From the NCBI RefSeq assembly GCF_963921235.1, contig NC_086097.1, forward strand, positions 92,568,001-92,632,000: a DNA stretch of 64,000 bases, in the 5' to 3' direction. A program made the translations under genes and the position numbers. Every line of letters starts with the position of its first letter. Within the stretch, counting starts at the first letter, position 1. The notes under the pieces were generated by a model. It saw nothing but the letters and a program-made list of their open reading frames with translations. It did not search any database and was not told the DNA's origin. Below are positions 38,900 to 49,899 of this stretch, piece by piece. Origin of the DNA: Mobula hypostoma. Its lineage: Eukaryota.

Positions 38900-39390
38900 G
38901 AATCAGGTTTATTTTTGCTGGCACACATGAAATTTGTTGTTTTGTGGTAGCAGTACAGACCAAGACATAAAAAATACTATTGCTTATAAAAATAAATAAT
39001 AATGCAAAAGAGGAATAGAAAGGTAGAGTTCATGGACTATCCAGAAATATGATGGGGAAGGTCAAGAAACTGTTCCAAAAATGTTGAGAGTTGGTATTCA
39101 GGCTCTCTGTACCACCTCCTTGATGGTAGTAATGAGAAGAGGATGGTAGGAGTCCTTAATGAGGCACTGTTTTCTGAAAATGCCTTTGATGTTGGTGAGG
39201 GCGATGCCTGTGATGGAGCTGTAGAGTCTACAACCCTCTGTAACCTCTTCCGATCCAATGCTTTGAAGCCTCTATACCAGACTGTGATGCAACCAGTCAG
39301 AATGCTCTCCAATAAACATTCATAGAAATTTTCAAGAGTCTTTGGCGATATCCTCCATCTCTTCAAACTCCTTATGAAGTACAGTCATTG
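38900..39390 (-). mobile_element. Rex1-type LINE 3' fragment
   Basis: NFYECLLESILTGCITVWY..RLQRVV. Confidence 0.8.
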
Positions 39391-41306
39391 AGGCAACTCA
39401 CCCTGCTCGTTTTGGGACATCGGTGTAATTGGTGGCCTTCTGAAGCGGGTGGCAACCCTGGACTGTAACAGCAAGAGATGGAAGATGACCTTGCTCAGCT
39501 CTGCCTATTTCTCAGCACCCTGCCCGGTACACCTCAGATACCTGACGCCTTGCCAGGATACACCCTCTTGAAAGATGTTCTGATGTCAGCCTCCTAGACA
39601 GAGGTCACAGGGTTGCTCAATACTGTGGGGATTGACACAGGAGTAGTGTTATTCTCTCTTTTATGCATGCTTTAAAACTTTCAAACCTAACAGCATAAAT
39701 GGCAGAGATGCTTCCCTTCCTGATGAGCTCAACATCAGGGAGTGAAGCGTCTCCTGCCATTTATACTGCCCGGCTTCACCTTCTAGAAAGTAAAAGCATT
39801 TCCGAGGGTAGAAATGTCAAGAGCGTGTATTGAAGGTAAGAGGGAGAAGGTTTAAAGGAGGTGTGCATAGGTAATCTATTTTTTTATGCAGTGGTGTCCA
39901 GAACTGGCTGCCAAGGGTGTTGGTGGAAGAAGAGATGATAATAGCATTTAAGAGGCAGTTGGGAACACAGATATACAGGGAATGGAGGGACAGAGACTAT
40001 GTACAGGCAGATGAGATTTACCTTAATTTAGCATCATGTTTAGGGCAGACTTTGTGAGCTGAGAGAACTGTTTCGGAGCTGTTTTATGTTCTACAAATCC
40101 TTGAATGAGCGTGAAGGCATCTATTAACATCTGTAATCCGTGTTTGCAATTTAACACATTGACACAACTGCGCTTGTACATTGTGGACCCCTTAGTAGCG
40201 ATGGCCTCACTGTTTCCATCACAGCTCCTAATTCCGAGAGTAAGGAGGCTGAATTCAAAGTCTGAGATCAGCACAACCCATTCCAGCTGACACCTTCCCA
40301 ATCAGTAATTTGATGATATTACGTCACCATATAATTGAAGATGTACTTTTCAACGCAAGAGCAAGACCTGGGAACTAGCACTTCATTGCTTTAAAATGTC
40401 TCCTAAAGCGAATGCACCGTGGCCAATGCCGCAGCTGAACTGACAGCCATTGTGCTCAGCTCTGACAGCTGCAGGGTCCGCGTCCGTGGATACGAAGCTT
40501 GCTGGCTAGTTATTTGTGCTCGTCTGCTTTGAATGTGTTTGCAAAATGCAGCTGAGGCTTCTGAGGCCGCCTGTCAACTTTAGTCTAGATTTGTTAATTT
40601 TCCAGGATTGCCTCAAGCTCTCTATAAGTCAGAGAGTCAAGGTCGGAGAGATATTCCAGGGAAATAGGTCCTCCAGCAAACTATAAACCACCCAGTTACA
40701 CTAATCCTACCCCGCAGTTACACTGATCCTACCCTAACCCATTGTATTAACACATAAGCCACCGGGTGAGTGGAACACCCTGCCAGGTGTGGTGGTGGAG
40801 GCAGATACATCAGGGACATTTAAGATAGGCACATGGATGATGGGAAGATGCAGAGCAGTGTAAGGAGGGAAGGGTTAGATTGATTTTACAAGTAGGTTAA
40901 AGGGTCAGCACAACATAGTGGGCTGTATTGTATTATTCTATATAATCCCACATTAACCAGAACATGCCAACTCATTGCTGCTGCTACCCCAATTTGCATC
41001 AAATTCCATTCACCCATCAGTGCCCTGCAGTTGGTCCCTACCCAATAAAAGACCCCATCCTAGTTCGAATCCCTCCTTGGTCTCAAAGTGCCCAATTTCA
41101 CCAGCCCTATAACCCTTAGATATCTCCCTACCCTCGCCCACCACCACCCACATGTGGTCCTCCCAATTATCCTCAGATATAATTACTCCACCACGAAGTC
41201 CATGGACCCCTTGTTCAATGCTATTGGTCCATGGCAAAAAAAGGCTGGGAATCCCTGCTTTAGATGGTTAGGATTTAAGCTCTCAAGTTCTCTCCTTAGA
41301 CCTCTC

Positions 41307-44291
41307 TGTTGTAATGTGACCATTATAAAAGTAAGTTAATACTAATTAGGATAATGGGGGGGGGGTTACTTCCGTTATTTTTACTTCTAGTGTGCTCTGT
41401 ATATAGTGTTCCTGCCATGCCGTACGGGTTGTGAAAGCCTCTGTATATACATAACGGTTTGACGTTCGAGATAAAGTTGTTTCTTTGGGCATGAAGTTGT
41501 TGAGTGTGCCTTTTTCAAAGTAGAAGTTACCACATATTTTTGGCGACAAGGTAAACTGGTTTTGTGGACGTGTCGGCACTTTTCGAACGGGAGCAGCAGC
41601 GCCGATAGGGGCCTCACGTTCAGATGGCTACGTTTGGGACTATCGTTGAACTTGTGGAAGTAATGGAGGACTGGCCGGAGTATGAGGAAAGGTTGGGACA
41701 CTTTTTCTGTGCTAATGGAATTACGGAGGAGGCTAAGAAGCGCTCTATTCTTCTGAGTGTGTGTGGGGCGAAGACTTATAGGCTATTAAGGAATTTAGCC
41801 TCACCGCGGAAACCGGGGACATTCCATATGACGAACTGATCAAGCTCGTGGGGAACCACTACAATCCGAAACCTTCTGTGATAGTCCAATGGTGTAAGTT
41901 TCACAGCCGTTTCAGGAAGCCAGGTCAGTCTGTGGCCAATTTTGTGGCAAAGCTTCGGCAGCTGTCGGAGCATTGTGATTTCGGAGCGGTGTTGAATGAC
42001 ATGCTCCGTGATCGATTGGTATGCGGCATTAATAATGACGGCATGCAACGCCGCCTGTTGGGGGAAACCCCACCGTTGACTTTCAGGAAAGCCTTAAAGA
42101 TTGCCCAAGGCATGGAGATGGCTGTTAATAATGTCAAGGATATCCAGAAAGGACATGGGGGTTGCAGTCGGCGGCAGTGCACCAAGTCGGGAGGGAGACT
42201 GGTAAACAGGCAAAGCGGGTGGAATGTTTCCGGTGTGGAGGGACGCACTATGCAAATGATTGCAAATTCACTGACAATGTCTGCTATGCTTGTAGCAAAA
42301 AGGGACATTTAGCTAAAAAGTGCAGAAGTTCAAAGGGTAAGATGAAGCCTGGGCAGCGGAAACCTCAACAGGGCTCAGGCAGCCACACACCATCTAGAAG
42401 AAGCAGATGAAGAGGCAGCGTGTGTCTACAACATGTTTGCAGTGGAAACAGATGAGGAACCACCTGAACCATATTATGCCACAGTCACTGTCAGGGGAAA
42501 GGACATTAAGTTTGAGATTGATTCAGGGGCTACTGCATCGGTCATTAGTGAAGAGACCTTCAGGAGGACATGGGGGTCCAACCTGCCTCCCATTAGACCA
42601 TCAAAGCTCAAACTTAGGATCTATACGGGGCAGCCCATACCTCATTTATGGGTGTTATATGTGGACATTTCAGCCGGGGGTCAGAAGGCTGAAGCCAGGC
42701 TAGTGATAGCTAAGGGCAGGAGAGACTGTGTTTTCATTGGAGAGGCTGTCAGAGACACCTGTAAAGGTGACCCAGATCAGGCAGTGGACAGAGAGGGACC
42801 CAGTCCTGTCCCAAGTCAAGACTTTTCTTTTACAAGGTTGGCCCAGAGTCCTGGAAGGAGAGGAACTGAGGCCTTATGCCAAACGCAAGACAGAACTCAG
42901 TCTGCAGAATGGCTGCATTTTCTGGGGGGCGAGGGTCAAGGTGCCTCCCCCGGCCATTCACAGATTGTGGAGGAAATTCATGAGACTCACCCAGGGGTGT
43001 CTCGAATGAAAAGCCTTGCAAGATCCTACGTTTGGTGGCCAAGAATGGATCAGGATCTGGAGAACAAGGTAAAATCATGCACGCAATGTCAGACTAATCA
43101 GAATATGCCACCACCAGCTCCTTTGCACTCATGGGAATGGCCAGACCACCCCTGGCCTAGGCTACATTTGGACTTTGCTGGCCCTTTTCTGGGGCAGATG
43201 TTTCTTGTAAAGGTAGATGCGCATTCTAAATGGATCGAAGCTCACATCATGAGCAACATCACATCCCCCTCAACCATAGACAAACTCAGGCAAATGTTTG
43301 CAGTCCACGGGTTGCCTGACACTCTGGTCACTGATAATGGCCCGACGTTCACCAGTGAGCTGTTCAGTGAGTTCATGCAGCAGAATGGCATTTGTCAAAT
43401 TCAGACGCCCCTTTCCACCCAGCATCCAGTGGTTTGGCTGAGCGGGCTGTTCAGACAGTGAAGGAAGGCTTGAAGCGGATGACAGGGGACTCTCTTAGCA
43501 TTCGGCTTTCACGTTTCCTGTTTAAATACCGCCTCACGCCACAGACTACGACTGCCCGCACTCCAGCAGAGATGCTGATGGGGCATAAATCCAAGTCAAG
43601 ATTGGACCTACTGTGCCGGACATGAAAGCAAAAGTGAGACAGACTATGGTGGAAGCATGTCCACCAGTGACTTTGCCAGAGGGCGAGACGCTGGCAGAGG
43701 GGTCGGGGTCCCCTAAGGAGGATGGACATTCTCACACAGACACACAGACCCCTCTCATGCCCCCAAAACACCCTCACCTGCTGGGTCACCAGGGGTAGTG
43801 CACAGATCACAGCGCACTCGTAAGCCTCCTGACAGACTGAATCTTTAATGGGACAGTTTTTTTTTATTGTTGTTAGATTGAATGTTGAATCTGTCATGTT
43901 TTCCAGATGTTTTGTATTGGTAAACTGTTGCTGAGATATTAGTATAAGTTTTCAGGGGTACGCAAGTTAATAACACCACTGTTTTTATTTCCTAGTTTTT
44001 TTTTACATTTGGGGAATGTTGGATTTTAAAGGGGGAGAAGTGTTGTAATGTGAGCATTATTAAAAGTAAGTTAATACTAATTAGGATAATGGGGATAAAA
44101 ATGGGGATAAATAGGATAAAAAGAACTTCCGTTCTTTTTACTTCCAGTGTGCTTTGTATGTGGTGTGCCTGCCATGCCGTACGGGTTGTGAAAGCCTCTG
44201 TATATACATAATGGTTTGACGTTCGAGATAAAGTTGTTTTTTTGGACATGAAGTTGTCGAGTGTGCCTTTTTCAAAGTAGAAGTTACCACA
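41307..44291 (+). mobile_element. Gypsy LTR retrotransposon, internally deleted (no RT/RNase H)
   Basis: LTRs at 41307-41534 and 44041-44291 (TG..CA). 5-bp TSD CTCTC at 41302-41306 and 44292-44296. PBS-like TGGCGAC at 41541; PPT AAAGGGGGAGAAG just before 44041. Confidence 0.96.
41624..43640 (+). pseudogene. Gypsy gag (Zn knuckles) - protease (DSGA) - integrase (HHCC, DDE), frameshifted
   Basis: LRDRLVCGI; CFRCGGTH..CYACSKKGHLAKKC; IDSGATAS; HPGVSRMK..CTQC; LDFAGP; TDNG; GLAERAV. Confidence 0.9.
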
Positions 44292-45539
44292 CTCTCCTGC
44301 CTCAATAATACCTGTGAAGCATCTAGTCAGGACTACTATGCAATGGGATGGCTTATGTGTTTCACAGTACCCCCTCTGACTCACCCACCCCTTATCTTTA
44401 CATTGGTTTTGCACTTGCTTAAAAACTTCTAACTCTAACATTTTCCAGTTCAAATGCGAGGTCATTAAACTGAAATACCAAGCTTTATGGCCTTGTCCCA
44501 CAAATTCAGGAATCTACTAAGCATTGCCAGTACTGTGCTTTTTATTCACGTCACAGGGTCTCACAGACTGCTGACTTGTACTTAACTCTTCTCACTACCA
44601 ATTCAACAGTGCCACCTGCTGAATTTGAGGAAGGCAGCCTTAGAAAGATCAAAGTGGGGACATTTAAACCAAAATTTATGGAATTAATATTACAAGAAAT
44701 AATTTGTATTTGCATAGTATCTTTTACATCCTCAGCATGTCCCAAGGCAGTATAGCAAGTATATTTTTAAATTACACCTTCAGTAATATAGAAAATAATT
44801 CAAGAATTCATGAGGATATGATAATTATTAATTAATTAATGTTTCTCAGAAGAACAAATATTGGCCAGGACCCCAGATAAATTTAACTCCTATACAAAAA
44901 CACCTTTTGGTTCCTCATGGTTTATCTTCATGTGCCTGCTCCCACCCCACACTGCTAGAAATGTATCCTTCTCTGAAACATATTCAGCGACTAGGTCTCC
45001 ACAGCTTTCTGTGGTAGAGAATTCCACAGGTTCACTACCCATAGAGTTAAAAAAAAAACGTAGATCTTTTTTTCATTCACAAAGACTGATGGTACCTTAG
45101 TGTAACCTTTCAACTGAAGGTAATCTATCCTCAGGACTACACGGGACAATCGATCTGGGTTTTTGGAATCTGGAGAGAGTGCTTCACTGAGCCAGGGTTG
45201 ACACACATCTCCCCAGACAGAGACACCAGAGACATCTCAGAATTGAGATGTGAGAAGTAATATAGGAAGAGACAATGTAAAGCGAAAGATATAATCTAGA
45301 CCTGAGGTGCAGTAGCAAATAATTGGCTGCACATTACTGGCAAGACAACTTGAGAAAATTGTTGAAAAGGCAAACCAGTTTCTTGGCTCTCCAAACAAAA
45401 GAGTACAAAGTTAAGGAGCGCATGCCAAATCTCATCAGTTTACATTAAACTTTTAAAACTCCGTGGAACTTGTATTAAATATTTATAACCCACTGGAACT
45501 TATGCAAAACCTTTACATCTCATTGGCAAGGATTAAATC

Positions 45540-46020
45540 AGTTTACTATTGTCACACATACATTGGAAACCCTTAGACTGTGACATCCAGGCAGATCATT
45601 CCACACGCAAGCACATCGAGATAGGAAAAAGGAAACAGAATCCAGAATATATTGTTGCAGCTACAGAGAAAGTGCAAAGCAGGTAGAAAAATAAACTGCC
45701 CCTCAGCCCAGTGGGGAAGAGAGAATGACCTAGGGATGGAACGGGTCCTTGAATGGGTTCTGGCTGCTTTCCCAAGGAAGGAGGAAGTGTAGACACTGTC
45801 AATGGAAAGGAGACGAGTTTGCCTGATGGACCGGGCTGTGTTCATAATTCTGTACAATTCCTTGCTAGATGGCAGAGCAGTTGCCATACCCAGCTGTGAT
45901 GCATCCAGATAAGTTGTTTTCAAGGTGCATCTGTAAAAACTGGTGAGGGTTTTCAGGGACACATTTCCTTAGTGTTCTGAGGAAGTAGAAGAGCTAGTGC
46001 GTTTTCTTGGCCGTGGTCGT
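45540..46020 (-). mobile_element. Rex1-type LINE 3' fragment
   Basis: LTSFYRCT.. remnant followed by a 3'UTR. Confidence 0.7.
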
Positions 46021-46329
46021 GAATGTGTATTAGACTGTAGTATTGTGTCAATGTTGGGCACTGGGAAGGATATCATGGCCTCAGAAAGGGTGTGAGCAGA
46101 TTTATTTGAATGGAATTAGGGATGAGAAGGACAGAATAGCAGTGGGATACAAGGAAGGATCACACTTTAAGATCAAGCATAAGTATACACATGCAGTTTT
46201 TCTCCGTAAAGATATGGCAGTAATAATTTTGTACACATTTATAGCAAGTGTATTAGATAAACTTGATTAATCTATTTAAGGTTTGGTGCAATTCAAAGAG
46301 ATTCCCCACCAATAATACTTGTGTTCTAA

Positions 46330-47530
46330 ACAGGGTAGATATCCGAGCCCTGATGAATTGCTAATTAGAGTGCTGAGCTCTGGGGTAAGTCACACTAGTT
46401 GAACTGTGGTTCGATCGATCGCTGGGTAAGGATATCGTGTTAGTCCAGACCAGCAGTGACGTAACTGAAGTCGTGCTACCTGATAGAATCGGGACATGCA
46501 GAGATGATGTTGAAGTCCAAAGATGGATTTCCACAATCCAAGCCACAGAGGACACCCCTTTCAGAGAAAGGTCTCAATGGTTAGCACTAGCAGAGATAGA
46601 GGATGTTTGGCAGCATCTGTTGAAACTAAAGGAAGCTAGAATTATCACAGAGTCCCTTTGCATCACCCATAGTGGTGGTGAGGATGAAGAATGGGAAGGT
46701 ACAAATGTGTGTTGACTATCTGACACTGGACCGACGCACTGTCCCCGCCCAGTATACTGTTCCACTGCTCTGGCCTGACTGAGTGGAGCAAAATGGTTCA
46801 GTGTGTTGGACCTAAGGAGTGAGTATTATCAGATACCCATGAGCAAAGTTAATAAAGAGAAGTCAGCATTTCTATGTCCACTTGAATTCTTCCAGTTTGA
46901 AAGAAAACCCTAGGGCATATCAAGAGCACTGGCGACTATCAAATGTGTCATGGAGAAGACTGTTGGGGACATGAACTTGTCTGAGGTACTGGTGTACTTG
47001 GATGATGTCATAGTGTTCGGATCTACACTGAAGGAGCAGGAGATGAGGCTACTGAAAGTGCTGGACTGCCTGAAAGCTGAATGGTTAAATCTGTCACTGG
47101 ACAAATGCCAGTTCTGTAAGACGTCAGTCAACTACGTCAGGCACAGTGTCTCACAGGATGGAGTAGGTAAGGATCTGTCCAAGATATGGATGGTAACCAC
47201 ATGATCAAGGCCCAAGAATGTGATTCCCTAAACTATTCCTTGGATTCTGTGAGTACTACCAGAGATTCATGAAGGACTACTCCAAAGTATGCCACTTTGA
47301 ATCAGCTTCTATGTAGTTACCCTCCCTTGGGGAAGAAAGGGAGGAGAACGAAAGAAGGAGGTAAAGTCTATTTCAGCCCTTTGGAGCCTTTTGGGGAAAG
47401 ATGGGATGCAAGATGTGAAGAGGTCTTTCAGCTGCTGATAGAGTTGCTGACTAAAGCATCTGGTTGGCCTTTGCAAACCCCCAGTTGCTTTATGTGCTCC
47501 ATGCCAATGCCAGCCGTGAGGGCTTAGTGG
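46330..47530 (+). mobile_element. Second Gypsy family, degraded internal fragments (gag N-terminus fused to RT)
   Basis: IEDVWQHL..SPIVVV..MCVDY, FSVLDLRS.YYQI, LVYLDDVIVF, LSLDKCQF. No LTRs seen. Confidence 0.8.
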
Positions 47531-47672
47531 GTGCTTAACTTCCTTACCACAAATTAACTCCCCTTCAACCCTTTTATTTCTTTGACCGAAGTGCATGATC
47601 ATACACTTCTTGACACTGTATTCTGTCTGCCAATTCTTTGCCTATTCTCCTAATCTAAATTCTACTGTAGCC

Positions 47673-47885
47673 AACAGGAATTCTGCAGATGCTGGAAATT
47701 CAAGCAACACACATAAAAGTTGCTGGTGAACGCAGCAGGCCAGACAGCATCTCTAGGAAGAGGCGCAGTCGACGTTTCAGGCCGAGACCAGTCCTGACGA
47801 AGGGTCTCGGCCTGAAACGTCGACTGCACCTCTTCCTCGAGATGCTGTCCGGCCTGCTGCGTTCACCAGCAACTTTTATGTGTGT
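47673..47885. mobile_element. Fold-back Penelope-derived mini-element, copy A
   Basis: 84-bp inverted arms at 47706-47789 and 47803-47886 (3 mismatches). 13-bp TSD TTCTACTGTAGCC at 47660-47672 and 47886-47898. Confidence 0.9.
47789..47826 (+). ncRNA. Minimal type I hammerhead ribozyme motif
   Basis: CAGTC-CTGACGA-AGG-gtctcgg-CCT-GAAA-CGTC^GACTG: stem I CAGTC/GACTG, stem II AGG/CCT, palindromic ACGT in place of stem III. Predicted cut after 47821. Confidence 0.8.
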
Positions 47886-48949
47886 TTCTACTGTAGCCTC
47901 TCTATTTCTTCACAACTATCTGCCCCTCCAGCTATCTTCATATCATCTGCACACTTTGCAACAAAGCCATCAATTCCATCATCCAAATCATTGACATATA
48001 ATGTAAGAAGAATCAGTCCCAACACAGACCCCTGTGGATCACCATTAGTCACCGGCAGCCAAGCAGAAAAGGCTCCCTTTATTCCCACTCTGCCTCCTGT
48101 CAATTAGGCACCGCTTTATCCATGCTAGAGTCTTTCCTGTAATACTATGGGCTTGTAGCTTGTTAAACAGTCTCCTGTGTGGCACCTTGTCAAAGGCCTT
48201 CTGAAAATCCAAGTACACAACATCAACTGATTCTCCTTTGTCTATCCTGTTTGTTACTTCTTCAAAGAATTCCAACAGATTTGTCAGGCAAGATTTTCCC
48301 TTGAGGAAACCATGTTGACTACATCTTATTTTATCACATGCCTCCAAGTAGCCTGAGACCTCAACCTTAATAACTGACTCCAAAATCTTCCCAACTACTG
48401 AGGTCAGATTATCTGGCCTAGTTTCCTTTCTTCTGCCTCTTTTTCTTTGTAAAGAGTGGAGTGTCATTTGCAATTTTCCAGTCTTCTGGAACCATTCCAG
48501 AATCTAGTGATTTTTGAGAGATCATTACTCATGCCTGCACAACCTCTTCAGCCACCTCTTTCGGAACTCTGGGGTGTAGGTGACATCTGGTTCATGTGGC
48601 TTATATACCTTTAGACCTTCCAGTTTCCCAAGAACCTTCTCTCTAGTTATGGTAACTTCACACACTTCATGCCCCTGTCACCTGGAACTTCCACCATACT
48701 GCAAGTGTCTTCCATAGTGAAGACAGATGTAAAATACTTATTCAGTTCATCTCCATTACTACTTCGCTGGCATTGTTTTCCGGCAGTCCAATATCCACTC
48801 CTGCCTCTCTTTCACACTTCACGTATCTGAAGAAATTTTAGGTATCCTGATACAATCTTTGCTCATTGGACTACGGTTTCCTTTACAAATAATGTATTCA
48901 TCTATTCCATGTATAAGGTCAATCCTCTATGGGTTCTGTCTATACTTCT

Positions 48950-49335
48950 TGCAGCCAGTGTAATCAAAGACCCCACCACCCCCCTCACCCCGGCAATCCT
49001 CTCTTCTCTCCCCTCTCATTGGGCAGAAGACACACAAACCAGAACAGACCATGCTCAAGGACAGATTCTATCACACTGTTATCTGATTCATGAATGGACC
49101 TCTTGTACAATAAGATGGACTAGACTTCACAATCTACCTCGTTATGATCTTGCACTTTATCGTTTATCTGCACTGTACTTTTTCAGTAGATTTTATACTT
49201 TATTCCTCATTGTTACTGCTTTACCTTATTCTAGCTCAATGCACTGTGCAATGATTTGATCCGTATGAACAGTATATAAGACAAGTTTTTTGTTGTATTT
49301 TGGTACATGTGACAATAATAAACCAATACCCAATC
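48950..49335 (+). mobile_element. Rex1-type LINE 3' end
   Basis: AASVIKDP.. remnant; aataaaccaataccaat tail. Confidence 0.7.
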
Positions 49336-49643
49336 TCACTTTTGAGGGCATGCCACTTAAAATAGGATAACACATAAAATGGACTTATTTGCTGCCAAGC
49401 AACCCTCTCCAAACACCACCAGAGGTCAGTAAAGTATTGATAATAAGAGACACTAGCAGTTCCATAATTGACAAAGTCAAAAGCCTTTATTTCAAGTCAC
49501 AGATTTGGAAGAGGTACAGTGGGGAACAGTAACATCACTCTCACCCTTTTGGATTTTCTCCTAGACTGTCTCTGAGGGTTGTTGAGAATAAAGCCTAGCA
49601 CTGACAATAGTAAAACCAGAGAAATGAGTGGTTAATATTCAAA

Positions 49644-49801
49644 CAACAGGAATTCTGCAGATGCTGGAAATTCAAGCAACACACATCAAAGTTGCTGGTG
49701 AACACAGCAGGCCAGGCAGCATCTCTAGGACAACGTCGACTGTACCTCTTCCTAGAGATGCTGCCTGGCCTGCTGCGTTCACCAGTAACTTTGATGTGTG
49801 T
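49644..49801. mobile_element. Fold-back Penelope-derived mini-element, copy B (hammerhead 5' half absent)
   Basis: Inverted arms aacacacatc..tctctagga / tcctagaga..gatgtgtgtt. 15-bp TSD TGGTTAATATTCAAA at 49629-49643 and 49802-49816. Confidence 0.9.
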
Positions 49802-49899
49802 TGGTTAATATTCAAATCTTTGCTCAGCCAGCAAAGTAAACTCCAATTATCCATAAATTTAAGAGCAGGGAGCACTGGCAAAAAAAAATGTCCTTCTTG

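Larger units (their letters stand above)
47535..48850 (-). mobile_element. Degraded CR1 RT region
   Basis: SQHGFLKGKSCLTNLLEFF..DFQKAFDKVPH; PQGSVLG; CADD. Confidence 0.88.

Noticed and set aside
39720..39750. CTGATGAG..GAA in the Rex1 hairpin as a hammerhead
   Set aside because: Lacks GAAA-N-UH geometry; explained by LINE coding sequence (PDEL).
40470..40497. RE1/NRSE-like site (TTC..CCACGGAC on the minus strand)
   Set aside because: Too many mismatches to the TTCAGCACC half-site to call.
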